Shown in pieces: positions 1-13,408 of a stretch of DNA of 64,000 bases (position 1 is the first letter of the stretch; the number at the start of each line of letters is the position of its first letter). The notes under the pieces are model-generated. The model ran no database searches. It was not told the DNA's origin and worked only from the letters and a program-made list of their open reading frames with translations. The translations under genes and the position numbers were made by a program. This DNA comes from Octopus vulgaris. Its lineage: Eukaryota. The stretch is from positions 15,562,001 through 15,626,000 of the forward strand of contig OX597828.1 in assembly GCA_951406725.2 (NCBI GenBank), written 5' to 3'.

Positions 1-821
1 GTTTCAGCTTCTTTACGTACAACTTGTTAAAAAAATATACCATTACTGGGACCAGTTTTTCTTTATCTTCTGGTTTCCATATTCCGTGACTAATTGCTCA
101 GGACATTGACCAAGAATGCGTTAATTTGTGTCGAGGTCGTTCGCTTGTTGCAAAATGTATGCGTCATATTGCGTCTCTGTATTTAGTTTTTTGATCTTTT
201 CGTATATGTTGGCTCAGTTTACTATGATGCACCGCATGCAGCATAGCAAAATTTTATTTCCTCTTCTCAAAGGTGGAAGGATGGGAGGAACGGTAAGACG
301 AGAACAGTAAAATATTTTGCGTTACTTAGTTTCAATTTTTTACGTTGTAAGTTCGAATCACATTTTGTCTTTCGTTTTCCTGGGGCCAATAACATGAATA
401 ATTGGAGTTGATTTTAACCCACATCTACCCGGGTCCCATTGTCTAACTTTATTCTCCACCTGGGCTCCTGAGCAAAAAAATAAATAGTTACATATACAGC
501 TCAAGAATAATGATTGCAGGCAAGCTAATGGACAGAATCAGCTGCATTTTCTTTTTCTACGTGTGTTGTGCATTACCGCTTTACCGGGAATCCAGCAGAA
601 ATGATGTTCAACCTATTCCTGCTACAGCGGGAATACGGCGTGACGATGTTAATCGAGCCTTTTCTATAGCGTTAATGCTAGCAATAAATATTTAATTTCT
701 TTGATTTGCAAACTCAATAGAGCAATGATAACTGTAGAGAAATGTGTAACTGTACTACTAATTCCACTTGGGTAAATTTTGTATCTAATTTTTACTGGTC
801 AGTAAAAAAAAAAAAAAAAAA

Positions 822-969
822 GGCGTAGGAGTGGCTGTGTGGTAAGTAGCTTGCTTACCAATCACATGGTTCCGGATTCAGTCCAACTGCGTGGCACCTT
901 GGGCAAGTGTCTTCTACTACAGCCTCGGGCCGATCAAAGCCTTGTGAGTAGATTTGGTAAACGGAAACT
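822..969 (+). mobile_element. tRNA-derived SINE group A, 5' part
   Basis: GGCGTAGGAGTGGCTGTGTGGTAAG (A-box-like), GGTTCCGGATTCAGTCC (B-box-like), then CORE-like CCTTGGGCAAGTG; more than 10 further copies in the window. Confidence 0.85.
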
Positions 970-1129
970 TGCTTCTTTATATTTAAATTTTTAAGTATAA
1001 TTTTTTCAACAAATGTTATTCAATAAAATGAAACTAAAAGATACTAATGATTTGTTTTATTATATGTCTTTTATTATTATAAACTTTTATTATTATTAAA
1101 GTGTTTGTTAACATGCCAATACAATACTT

Positions 1130-2258
1130 AGAGGAATTTCGTTCTATTTTACCCTCTGAGTTCAAATTGCCTCGTGGTCGACTCTGCCTTTTATTCTTTC
1201 GGGATCGATAAAATAAATACCAGTTGAGCACTGGGGCTGATGTCACCGACTAGCGTCCTTCCACAAAGTTTCGAATTTTGTCAAAATCTGAAGCCATTAT
1301 TAAAGTATTGGGTAACACGAAGGACAAAATGTTTTGCGGCATGTCTTCTGGCTTCTCGCTCTGGTCGACTTTGCCTTTTATCCTTTCGGTGTCGATAAAA
1401 TAAGTACCAGTTTCGCACTGGGGTCGATGTTATCGACTTGCCCCCTCCCATCAATTTTCAGGCTTTGTGCCTATAATAGAAAAGGATGATTATTAAAGTA
1501 TTGATTTGGTTGGTGAAAGGGAAACATCATTAAAGCATCGGCAAAAAATCCTTACGGTGTATGTTTTGGCCCTTTACGTTCTGAGCTCAAATCCCGCCAA
1601 GATTAACTTTACCTTTCATCCCCCCGGGGTTGGTAAAATAAAATACCAGTTAAATACTTGAGTCGATAGCACTGACTAATCCCCACCTTTTGAAATTGCC
1701 GGCCTTGTGCCTAAATCAGAGACCATTATTTAAAAAAATGTAGAATCGTAAGTGCCGGACGAAATGCTCTACATTAATTATTTCGGTTTGGCTTAATAGT
1801 TAGGGCATTCGATTAATGATCACAAGGTCGTGAGTTCGATATCCGGTGAAGCGTTGTGTTCTTGAGCAAGACATTTTATTTCACGCGGCTCAGGTCCACT
1901 CAGCTGGCAAAAATGAGTAGTACCTGTATTTCAAAGGGCCAGCTGTGTCACATTCTGTGCCATGCTGTATCTCCCTGAGAATTACGTTAAGGGTACACAT
2001 GTTTGTGGAGTGCTCAGCCACTTGCACGTTAATTTTACGAGCAGGCTGTTCCGTTAATCGGCTGAACTGGAACCTCCAACGTCGTAACCGACGGAGTGCC
2101 AATTTATGTTCCGAGTCCAAATTCCGCCGAGGTCAACTTTTCCTTTTCATTCTTCTGCACTTGATTCAATAAAGTACCAGTTTAGTACTAGAGTCGATGA
2201 TATCGACGAATACCCTTCCCTTAAAGTTGCTGGCCTTGTGTCTAAATCGGAAACCAAA
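1130..2258 (+). mobile_element. Cluster of diverged SINE group C copies
   Basis: Repeated GAGTTCAAAT..GGTCGACTTTGCCTTTCATCCTTTCGGGGTCGATAAAATAAGTACCAG module; the last copy is split by a group B SINE. Confidence 0.75.
1789..2100 (+). mobile_element. tRNA-derived SINE group B (tail type 1), nested in a group C copy
   Basis: TGGCTTAATAGTTAGGGC..GAGTTCGATATCC head, TGTGTTCTTGAGCAAGACA CORE-like segment, tail ending GTCGTAACCGACGGAGTGCC as in 5713-6038 and 30860-31244. Confidence 0.85.
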
Positions 2259-2357
2259 TATTGTTAAATTATTGATTCTTTCGCAATTAAATACAAGATA
2301 CTTCATTTAGATTTTCTCCCAGTTACATTCAACTATAGTCATGAATAAACAAAGAAG

Positions 2358-2435
2358 AAAATGGCGGCCATATTCAGTTGAGCGGCGGGCGTCTATGGAA
2401 CATCATTTAGTGTTAGCGGGCACCAATCTATAAAA
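2358..2435 (+). promoter_or_regulatory. Candidate core-promoter/regulatory motif cluster
   Basis: AAAATGGCGGCCAT (YY1/Pho-like, both orientations), GC-rich GCGGGC twice, CCAAT 2423-2427, TATAAAA 2429-2435, all in non-repeat DNA; motif evidence only. Confidence 0.25.
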
Positions 2436-3005
2436 GATGGAGAATACTACTTTAGGCAAAGTTTACTGCACATTCTGAGGTGATGGTGGTGGTGTAGATG
2501 ATATTAAAAAAAACCCAATTAAATCATCTGTTTCGCTCCTCTTTAAGATTGCACTTGTGTGCCTGCGTTAGAAATGAATATTCATTTTATTTCGTACAAA
2601 CAGCATCATAAAAATTATGAATGAGTAAAAATATCATTAAACATCAACATAGAACTATTTAATTAAATATGAATGAATGAATTAATTAATGAATGAATGA
2701 GTAAATTAAATAATTCAGTTTATTAATTAATCGTGAGTTTAAAAAAAAAATCTTGAATTTCAATTACAGTTAAATTTTATAACTGGCAAAACATATAAAC
2801 GTTAATAATTATTTCTAATGAATCAATCACCAATTAGATACCTAATTAAACAAAATTAGATATTTATCAAACTGCCCAATGAACATATCGTACACAATTA
2901 GGGTGGGAGTAGGAAAGATCTCAAAATTAGCCAATGGAATCTAAAATATAAACACAAGTTAGCAAAAAAACAAAAATAAAATAAAAAAAAAGACTAAGAA
3001 GCATA

Positions 3006-3145
3006 GGCGTAGGAGTGACTGTGTGGTAAGTAGCTTGCTTACCAACCACATGGTTCCGGGTTCAGTCCCGTCTAGGTGGGGAACTTATACGTCAAGGAAA
3101 CCGGGAAACCGGCCCTTATGATCCAGGCGCGGGTCAAAAAGGAAA
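3006..3145 (+). mobile_element. Chimeric SINE: group A head joined to a group B (V-like) tail
   Basis: The A head ends at GGTTCAGTCCC and continues GTCTAGGTGGGGAAC..GAAACCGGGAAACCGGCCC, the tail seen at 41120-41372. Confidence 0.7.
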
Positions 3146-3295
3146 AAATAAAACAATGCTCAACGTGCCGTTACGAATCTTCGAAGGCAAAGAGGAGCTT
3201 AATGTCCTTTAAAGAGTGTCAAGCTCCATACACTAATATATCTATTGTGATCGGTTCCGTTCATTGATTCTGTGACTAATTATAACATATGCTTA

Positions 3296-3386
3296 CTCTA
3301 CTCTTTTACTCTTTTGCCGAACCGCTAAGTTACGGGGACGTAAACACACCAGCATCGGTTGTCAAGCGATGTTGAGGGTGAACAAA

Positions 3387-3432
<46 letters not shown>

Positions 3433-3609
3433 TATACATATATACGACGGATTTCTTTCAGTTTCCGTCTACCAGATCCACTTACAAGGCTTTGGTCGGC
3501 CCGAGGCTATAGTTGAAGACAGTTGCCCAAGGTGCCATACTGTGGGACTGAACCCGGAACCATGTGGCTGGTAAGCAAGCTACTTACCACACAGCCACTC
3601 CTACGTCTA
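3296..3609 (-). mobile_element. SINE group A with internal (CA)n
   Basis: Reverse complement of A head and body, internal microsatellite, partly deleted tail. Confidence 0.85.
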
Positions 3610-3790
3610 TGCATATATATATATACATATATATACACACACACACTCACACACACACACACACACACATATTTACATGCATGTACGTACATCTGTGAAA
3701 CCGATGAACCAGTCTTCAGCTCTGTAACACACAACATCGATTATATATGGAAACTATAATAATATTATATCACAAAGGATTTTACGCACA

Positions 3791-3877
<87 letters not shown>

Positions 3878-4109
3878 ACACACAGGTAACCTGCAGGCAT
3901 TAGTCCCTTCAGCACAGCTCTTTCGGTGATTCCTCTCACCACAAATCAATTTTTTTCTTCTGAATTGTTTCACCCAACTGACCTCACGAATAAAGTTAAT
4001 GTTTTAAAGCGTAATCAAAACATACACCATATACATTCGCTCGCGCGTGCACAGTCTCTTTGTGTATATACATACATACATACATACATACATACATACA
4101 CACATACAA

Positions 4110-4165
<56 letters not shown>

Positions 4166-4554
4166 TTATATATATGCACACGCACAAACATACATATATA
4201 TATATAGATGAAAAGTGGTTAAGAGTCTATACAAATCAAAAATTATTGTTTAAAAAAAGTACATAAGGCTTGAATCGATACGGAAATATATTTTAGAGAA
4301 TGTTTAATAAAATAAAACCGGTTTCCATGTATCCACCTTATCAAATATTAGAAAGAATTTTTTGGCAGGTGGGGATCAGAAACAAAAAAAACATTTTTTG
4401 GAGGGGTTGAGCAGTTTGTATCCATAACATAAATGCATAAAAATATACATATGTATATGTATAAAGATAGACACACACACACACATAATATATGTCTATA
4501 TATATATATACAGTATGTATACACACACGCATACGCGCGCGCACATATATATTC

Positions 4555-4772
4555 CTTTATACTTTTATTCATTTAATTGTTTCAGTCATACTGGAGCACC
4601 GCCTTTTAGTCGAAAAAATCGACTCCAGGACTTATTCTTTGTAAGCCTAGTACTTATTCTATCGGTCTATTTTGGTGAACCGTCAAATTGCGGGGACGTA
4701 AACACACCAGCATCGGTTGTCAAGCGATGTTGGGGGTGGACAAACACAAACGTACAGACATATGCACCCCCC

Positions 4773-4817
<45 letters not shown>

Positions 4818-4981
4818 CGACAGGCTTCTTTCAGTTTCTGTCTACCAAATCCACTCACAAGGCTTTGGTCGGCCCGAGGCTGTAGTAGAAGACACTTACC
4901 CAAGGTGCCACACAGTTGGACTTTACCCGGAACCATGTGGTTGGTAAGCAAGCTATTTACCACACAGCCACGCCTGCGCCT
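4555..4981 (-). mobile_element. SINE group A, near full length, internal (TA)n
   Basis: Head, CORE-like segment, microsatellite and tail collinear with 57509-57990. Confidence 0.85.
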
Positions 4982-4984
4982 ATA

Positions 4985-5022
<38 letters not shown>

Positions 5023-5064
5023 CATACAAAAATGCATATATATACAAATATACATGGATATGTA

Positions 5065-5123
<59 letters not shown>

Positions 5124-5124
5124 G

Positions 5125-5340
5125 TGAGTGTGTATTTCTGTGAATCGTTGGCGATTTTCCCTCCATCTTCCTTTTCTATTGGACGCTCCACTGTCTCCTG
5201 TTTCTGAAGAAGAGTTTTGCTCGAAACGTAAAACCACATTTCTTTCCTCCCGCGAGCGTCTGTTAATACTTTACATGTATCACGCCCTCGCGTTGTTGTT
5301 TTTTTTTTGTGTTTGTTCTTCGTTTTTCTTTATTTACTAT
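5125..5340 (+). mobile_element. Penelope pLTR-like short element in (TA)n
   Basis: Flanked by TA-rich tracts on both sides; similar to 25260-25540 and 56960-57180; contains a hammerhead motif. Confidence 0.65.
5200..5234 (+). ncRNA. Minimal type I hammerhead ribozyme motif
   Basis: GTTT-CTGAAGA-A-GAG ttttg CTC-GAAA-CG-TA-AAAC: stem I GTTT/AAAC, intact core, palindromic stem III ACGT, GUA cleavage triplet. Confidence 0.7.
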
Positions 5341-5371
5341 ATATGTATATATGTATATATGTATATATGTA

Positions 5372-5445
<74 letters not shown>

Positions 5446-5712
5446 AGCAAATAAGTAACAAGGATGTCTTGGTGTTAGTGCATTACGGCCGTTTCGGTTG
5501 GCCCCAATTTAATCGAACAATGCAAGCATTACGTCAATTTGAAATCAGAGAAATTGGATCACTGTTCTTTGTTCTTCTTTGGTGCACATTGCTAATGGAG
5601 CGACCATGCTTACACTGTGAAGCCAGATAGAAAAAGGGTGCGCTCAGGCTCAAACTTCAATCACGTGACCATAACACAGCCAGTGTAACAATAATAAAGA
5701 TATGTTATAGCG

Positions 5713-6038
5713 GGTGAGGGCGCGTGGCTTAGTGGTTAGGGCATTCGGTTCATGATCGTAAGGTTGTGAGTTCGATTCCCGGCGACGCGTTGTGTCCTTG
5801 AGCAAGACACTTTATTTCACGTTGCTCCAGTCCACTCAGCTGGCAAAAATGAGTTGTACTTGTATTTCAAAGGGTCAGCCTTGTCACTCTCTGTGTCACG
5901 CTGATTATCCCCGAGAACTACGTTAAGGGTACACGGTCTGTGGAATGCTCAGCCATTTGCACGTTAATTTCACGAGCAAGCTGTTCCGTTGATCGTATCA
6001 GCTGGGACCCTCGTCGTCGTAACCGGCGGAGTCTTTAA
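5713..6038 (+). mobile_element. SINE group B (tail type 1), full length
   Basis: tRNA head GGCGCGTGGCTTAGTGGTTAGG..GAGTTCGATTCCC; 11-bp TSD ATGTTATAGCG at 5702-5712 and 6039-6049. Confidence 0.9.
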
Positions 6039-6494
6039 ATGTTATAGCGAAAGTGCGGATAACTTTTGACTTCCCATACACTCATGTGCGCGCGCACACG
6101 CATACACACACATGATTGTACTTTTCCCAGTCATTAGACTGCGGCCATGCTGGTGCACCACTTTGAGTAATTTTTTTGTCGAATGAATCGACCCCAGTAC
6201 TTATTTTTTTTTAAAGCCTAATACTTATTGTTATTTAAAGCCTGATATTTATTCTTTTGTCGAACCGCTAAGTTACAGTGATGGAAACATACCAAGACTG
6301 ATTGTTAAGCTGCGTGAGGGGAAGAAATCACAGACACAATGAAACACACATAGGTATATAAGATTCCCTGATCAGGAGCTACGTAACGCATGTATATTTC
6401 ACTTCGATTCCACCTTCCTTATTGACAAACCGGCAAGTATTTATATCCTCGATTGGAGGATATTTCTTCAATTTCATATTTTTCTGATTATTCC

Positions 6495-6570
6495 CTCTCC
6501 GATGACAGTTTACTTAGATTATAGAATCCTTACTCAATAGGCCTGGCTATTCTAGAAACAGCTGTAAGAG
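6495..6570 (+). ncRNA. Hammerhead-like motif with U4C core and about 49-nt stem II region
   Basis: CTCT-CCGATGA-(49 nt)-GAAA-CAGCTG-TA-AGAG; stem I CTCT/AGAG; palindromic stem III ACAGCTGT. Confidence 0.5.
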
Positions 6571-6654
6571 ACTCTATCAGTTTATATTCTCAAACTTAAT
6601 TAAATGTTTCTTTGAGTGATGATAATGTTTTGCTATTTCATTCCTTATTTTAAT

Positions 6655-7234
<580 letters not shown>

Positions 7235-8063
7235 GAGTCAATCCATCTAGCTGTCTGTTCGTCTGTCTGTGTATATATATCTGTATGCATAAGTACGAAA
7301 TGGTAAGTGTTTGGTACTATATATTTCAAAACCAGAAAATGCCTTTCAGGTGTTATAAATAACTATAAAAGTACATACAAGTACACTTACACCCCCCACA
7401 CACACCCACGCACGCGCACGCACGTACACATACTCAAACAAGACAGACGCGTGCAAGCGCAGGCGCACGTGAACTTTTCGAAACTAGAAACACTATTTTC
7501 CCCCAAAAAGTTGTTTTGGCAAAGGAAGCTGTATTTTTGAAAAGTTCTTGGCTTGAGGCTCTGTATAAGGTGAGATCTTTCAACAGACAAACAATGAAAC
7601 TACTTTTGTCCGATATTTCTATAATCAATACATTCCCAGGATTCCAAACAACAATAGTAGCCCTAACTAGTCGACTTACATTCACACCCATCCCTAGACC
7701 CACAAAAAATAAATAAAAATAAAAGAACCTTAGCCAACGAGCGAACAAATAAACAAACAAACAAACAAACAGCGGTTCATTTTAAATAGATTTAACCAAC
7801 AGCGCCGCTGCCACCATCGCTGATGTCAGCGCCATCGTTGCCGCAACCGCCCCCGATGCCGCCGTCATGTATGGCACTGTCTTCAATGCCGCCGCCTCAT
7901 AGTATCGCCGTCCCAGAATAGATTTTTAGGGGAATAATTTGAAGTATTATCGATTAAAAAGAGCAATATAGCGAAGTCTGGGCGTTTGGTGTACTTTGTA
8001 CTTTTTCTCATACATACATACATACATACATACATACATACATACATACATACATACATACAT

Positions 8064-8108
<45 letters not shown>

Positions 8109-8669
8109 CACACATACATATATATAAACATACACATACACTTATATGTACATATATATATATGTATATGCATCATGTGTGTGTATGTATGTATATATAT
8201 ATATATATATAAATATACATATACATACACACACACACATATATACATATGTATATATATATATATATGTATATGTGTGGTCTCTTATATGTATGTATAT
8301 ATATACATATATACAGATGTATTTGTATCATATGTGTATATATACATATACATAAATATATATATATATAATTTATGTATGTGTGTACGTATGTATATAT
8401 ATATATATATATACACATGCATAAATTATATATACATATAAATATGTATATGTATACATATATACAAATGTATATGCATCATATATCTGTATATACATGT
8501 ATATATATATATATGTATGTATATTGTTTGCATGTGGGAAACAAGGGGAGAAACGAGCCCTGGATGATTAGATACAACTAACAACCCACCTCCGCCCCTC
8601 CCGATGTTGCAACAAATATCTTATCCCCCCTCACCACCCCAGTCCCACCCCCGCACATGTGAACCTCTT

Positions 8670-9050
8670 CGTTGCTCGATCGACCTGCTGAAAATAACAG
8701 TGAAATGTTTCCACCCACATCACTCTTTACTTATACATTTAACAAAATGGCTTGTTGAATAAATAGTCTTGCAGTCACTGGACGTAGAGGAAAATGACAG
8801 GGTGGTCACGGATGGAGTATCCTTGATAAGTCTGTTTGATCAAGATTGAAGGGATGTGTGTGTAAATTTATAAAACAATGATAAGGAGCTCCACGTGGTC
8901 GGTCGCCATGCTAGAAATAGCAGCCAAATATCCCTTAAATCATCTACCATCTTTAAAAAATAGAGGTATATTAAGGGATATCAGTTTTAGATATACTGAC
9001 TGAAATATAGTCAGAATGTTCACGGCTGGAATAACTCTAATCACAATTCT
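8670..9050 (+). repeat. Two diverged copies of an old interspersed repeat (group E)
   Basis: GCTAGAAATAGCAGCCAAAT..GGTCACGGCTGGAAT..TTGATCA motifs; also near 21920-22080, 33530-33722 (-), 35700-35870 and 42915-43295. Confidence 0.55.
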
Positions 9051-9090
9051 GCTCTTCCGGAATACACTTTGTGGGTCAAATCACACGGAA

Positions 9091-9251
9091 ACTACTACTA
9101 GAACACCACCACCACCACCACCACCGCCGCCACCACCGCCGCCGCCGCCGCCACCACCACCACCACCACCACCACCACCACCACCACCACCACTATCACC
9201 AGCACCACCAGCACCACCATCAGCATCACCGCCGCCGTCACCACCACCACC

Positions 9252-9322
<71 letters not shown>
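9091..9322. repeat. Compound (CAC)n/(CGC)n/(TAC)n trinucleotide repeat
   Basis: Directly visible. Confidence 0.95.
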
Positions 9323-9530
9323 CGACAAACCTATCACCGTCCCAGAATAGATTTTTGGGCAAATAATTTGAAGCGTTATCGATTTAAAGAACAATATAAC
9401 GAAATCTGTGGGGGTCTTTGTTTTGTTTGATTTTGCTTCTATGGGGGAAATCAGAGGTTAGGAACGAAGGCTAGATAATTAGGCACAACCACCCCTCTGC
9501 CTCTCAACCCCATAAATACTGATATATTCC

Positions 9531-9588
<58 letters not shown>

Positions 9589-10473
9589 TTGAACCTGCGC
9601 CGTTTTCTTCTAGAGAACTACAAGCTATCGGATTTCCTACCTTACCTATAGCAATCAGCCTATCAACCTACCTTTGCCGCCTCCTCCTCCTTCTTCACAC
9701 AACAAGCATTGACCTGCAGACAATGTTGGATCCTCTGTGTGGTCGTTAAACCTGCTAAGATTAACGGTAGAAGCAGCAGCCAAGTCTCCCGTGGTATCAC
9801 ACATCGTTATTATTGCTTTAACCCTTTCACTGCGGAAGACAGATATATCCATTCAACATTTCATTGCCCTTGAATGTAGTTTTATTATCCAATCTATCTG
9901 CAGGATGCAGGTTTATATACCGATCTATCTTTTTATTGCGAAATGTTATGTCTGGAAATATTTCCTGCTTAGATAATAGGCTGTGTGGTAAGAAGATTGC
10001 TTCCCAATCACATGCTTCCAGGTTCAGTCCCACTGTGTACTGTGTGGCACCATGGGCAAATGTCTTTTATTATAGCCTCGGGCCGACCAAAGCCGTGTGA
10101 GTGGATTTGGTAGACAGAAACTGAAAAAAAGCCTTTCATGGAATTTTTTTAATAACAGAAAACAAAAATGGCACCTCGTTCCCTTTCTTGGGGTAATTGT
10201 AATTCATTTTTTTACAATAACTGCCAATTCGCTGCCTTTACATCGGCACAAGGCCAACATATTGTTACAAAAATGTAATATGATCGATTGAATCGAACCC
10301 ATGATATGCCTGGTACTTATTTCTTCGACCTCGCCGAGAGTTAAACTCAAAATATAACGAGATGTAATTAACACTTCTTCCCTCACACTTTATCTCTTTT
10401 AATTCAATTTCTTCTTTTCTTTAACTACTTGCCTGCAATTCAAGCGAAAATGCCACTTCCTATCTCTCTTTCA

Positions 10474-10510
10474 TTTTCTGATGAAGGACAAACATCCGAA
10501 ACGTTATATA
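10474..10510 (+). ncRNA. Minimal type I hammerhead motif (weak stem I)
   Basis: CTGATGA (10478-84)-A-GGA caaaca TCC-GAAA-CG-TT. Confidence 0.6.
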
Positions 10511-10885
10511 CCTCACTTTTCACGGCAACTGAACGTAACAAGCTCTTCTCCGAACTTTCTTAATGACTAATTGTAGCCGATATAAAAACAATCTCTATCT
10601 CCCCCCTCTCTCTCTCACTCTATCTGTCTATATACATGGTATCTATAAATTACCATTACAATTTGATAGAGAAAAAAAACAGGAAAAAAAAGCATAACTC
10701 AACAGAGCTTATTGGAAAACAAAGTTTTATTAGAAACATCAGAACACTTTCACATCGGTTCCATTGGTTGCGAAGAAGTTGATTGATGGAGCTCAAATTT
10801 AATAGATACAATGAATTGTGGAAGTTGTAAAGATAATTTATGAACACCGCTCGCGCGCGTATGTGAGCGCGCGTACACACACATA

Positions 10886-11105
10886 TTCTTTTATTGTTTT
10901 ATTCGTTTCAGTCATTTGATTGCGGCTATGCTGGATCATCGCCTTTAGTCGATTAAATCGACCCCAGGATTTATTTTTGTGAGCCTTGCACTTATTCTAT
11001 CGGTCTCTTATGCCGAACCGCTAGGTTACGGGGACATAAACACGCCAGCATCGGTTGTCAAGCGATGTTGGGGAGGGGGCAAACACAGATACACAAAAAC
11101 AACAA

Positions 11106-11137
<32 letters not shown>

Positions 11138-11326
11138 GTGTGTGTCTATATGTATGTATATACGACGGGCTTCTTTCAGTTTCCGTCTACCAAATCCACT
11201 CACAAGGCTTTGGTCGGCCCGAGGTTATAGTAGAAGACACTTGCCCACGGTGCCACGCAGTATGACTGAACCCGGAACCATGTGGTTGGTAAGCAAGCTA
11301 CTTACCACACAGCCACTCCTGCGCCT
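10886..11326 (-). mobile_element. SINE group A, full length
   Basis: Collinear with other A copies; internal (CA)/(TA) tract. Confidence 0.9.
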
Positions 11327-12124
11327 GTACATATATATATATTAATAGTTTCGCCGCCGGATTCTTCTTGCCAGATTTGTTAATTTAATCTCCGCAGGAT
11401 TTTTTTTCTCAATAAACAACATTATTTTTTCTTGTTAAAATGAAATATATTCGTTTAAAAAGTAGTGAGGTGAGTTCATTTACATTAGCTTTATCTAATT
11501 TAAATAGCTAGAATAAAATTACATATCGTATCTTGAAGTATGCAAAAAAACAAAAACAAAAACCAAAAACAAAACAAAAAAAACCCTAAAGCCAAAAAGG
11601 GAAACAAAATTCTGTTCAGTAGTTTACAATCAACGTTACTGATGCTAAAATAACAATAAAAACTATTGTACAAACTCTGCTTCGCTGTTTATTCTTTATT
11701 TATGCTTTTAACTAATAACACAGTTTGATCGTCAGATAAGATGCTTGACGTCAGCTTCGTTGTGTGTACGTAACGTTATATTGCAACAGGGCTTGGCGGT
11801 GACTAAACGGGAGACGAAATTCGGCATGGCGGCCATTAAACCGTAGATCGGTAATTGAGCTGCAATCTTTATTTAACGTGGGTGTTTGTTGCATCGACTT
11901 CCAGTGGCTAAACGCTCGCACGCGCACCACGCGGAAATATAGACACGCAATCTCTCTTTCTTTTACAAACACACACACACACACGCACACACACGCACGC
12001 ACACGCACGCACACGCGCGCACACGCACACACGCAGTTGGCTGCTGAAATGCTATTTGAATAGGGGGGAAAAAATGAGGCCGGTACAGGCGAAGATAAAA
12101 AAACAAGAATTAATTTAATGCAGA

Positions 12125-12181
<57 letters not shown>

Positions 12182-12557
12182 GCTATGTTGATGCTAACAG
12201 GGAAAATAAAACTCAAAATCTGAGTATATAAGCGCCAACGCACGTAACTCTCAGAACTTGAGTCACTCACTTGCTTCTGCTACATAGTAATATATATATA
12301 TATATATGTAATATGGGGGTGTGTGTGTGTATATATATATATAATAATAAAATATTAGGGAATAAATCCAAACTTACAGGGAAAAATCAGATTTAGGATT
12401 GAATCCAATTTTATAGTAAAATATTATATTATATTAAATTAGAGATAAAACCACTATTAGGTAAATCAAACAATGAAAAACTTAAGCCAATACATAAAAT
12501 TAATTAATTTATATTATTTTAAATATATATCAAAATTATTAAAATTATATATATATA

Positions 12558-12868
12558 CCGTAAATCCTCGAGTATAATCCGCATTTTCCCCTCAAAATTT
12601 AAAGGTCAAAATCCCTAGTGCGTACTATATACAAGGTTAAAAGTGAAAATTATTTTGTAAGCAATGTCCGAGTTTCTATTTGCTGTCTGGCAATGTTTAT
12701 TCAGGCACATTTTCTGATGTCGGGCGCGAAAATAACTTAAGCTAAGCCTGAAAGCAATGAACTATTTTTTGCCTATAAATCCCTTTGATTCCTTTTTTAC
12801 TTGGGTGGTTCTTCATAACCATTCAATGTTTAAAAAAAAAAATCCCATATTCTTAGAATTAAATATTA
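12558..12868 (+). mobile_element. TcMar Tc2/pogo-like terminal fragment
   Basis: Starts TA|CCGTAAATCCTCGAGTATA, a Tc2/pogo-type terminus (from recall); no partner TIR seen. Confidence 0.45.
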
Positions 12869-13269
12869 CTAGCATTATAGCCCAGTGTTGCTCGGGTTTG
12901 TTTTCTTTTCGACCCTTTAGAATTGGAACTTTTGAAAAGTAAAAAAATTGCATTATGTAGCTTGTTATTCTCTTTAAGTGAACATTTTTCTGGTTGAAAT
13001 ACACCGAAAAATGGCGACACAGCAGTCTAAAAATCGTAAAAAATAGGGATTTTCATAGAAAAAAAGCACCTTTTTGATGTAAATAATTTTTGGTGTTAAC
13101 ATAGTCCGATTTGAATTTTTTTCTTCTACGGAAGGAAGAGCAAGCCTTCTTCTATCATACTCTCAATTTTGGTCAACTTGCGCCGAAGGGTCTCGGAGGA
13201 GATAGTGTTAGTTGAAAGTTACCAAACCTGCCACACACAGACAACCTCCGTTTTATATATATATAGAGA
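12869..13269 (-). mobile_element. Non-autonomous Helitron
   Basis: On the minus strand: A|TCTCTATATA... 5' end, subterminal hairpin CCCGAGCAACACTGGG, CTAG|T 3' end; no TSD. Confidence 0.75.
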
Positions 13270-13270
13270 T

Positions 13271-13408
13271 TAGGAATTATATAAAAAAAAATTATAAATT
13301 ATTTTGTTTATTGTAGAAATATAAACAATTTATTGCACATAAATGTTAACAAAAGAAATTCTCATATGGACCCCTAAAGGTCATATGAATCCTGGTTGAG
13401 AACCACTA
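13271..13408 (-). mobile_element. hAT (Charlie/Buster-like) MITE fragment
   Basis: Terminus TAGTGGTTCTCAACCAGG; body similar to 42969-43160 (TTTATGTGCAATAAATTG). Confidence 0.65.

Noticed and set aside
5713-5790. tRNA-like sequences (also at other SINE heads)
   Set aside because: No complete cloverleaf; they continue into SINE bodies with TSDs
11838-11862. AACCGTAGATCGGTAATTG, resembling miR-10/100 family mature sequence
   Set aside because: Seed differs and no complementary arm forms a hairpin
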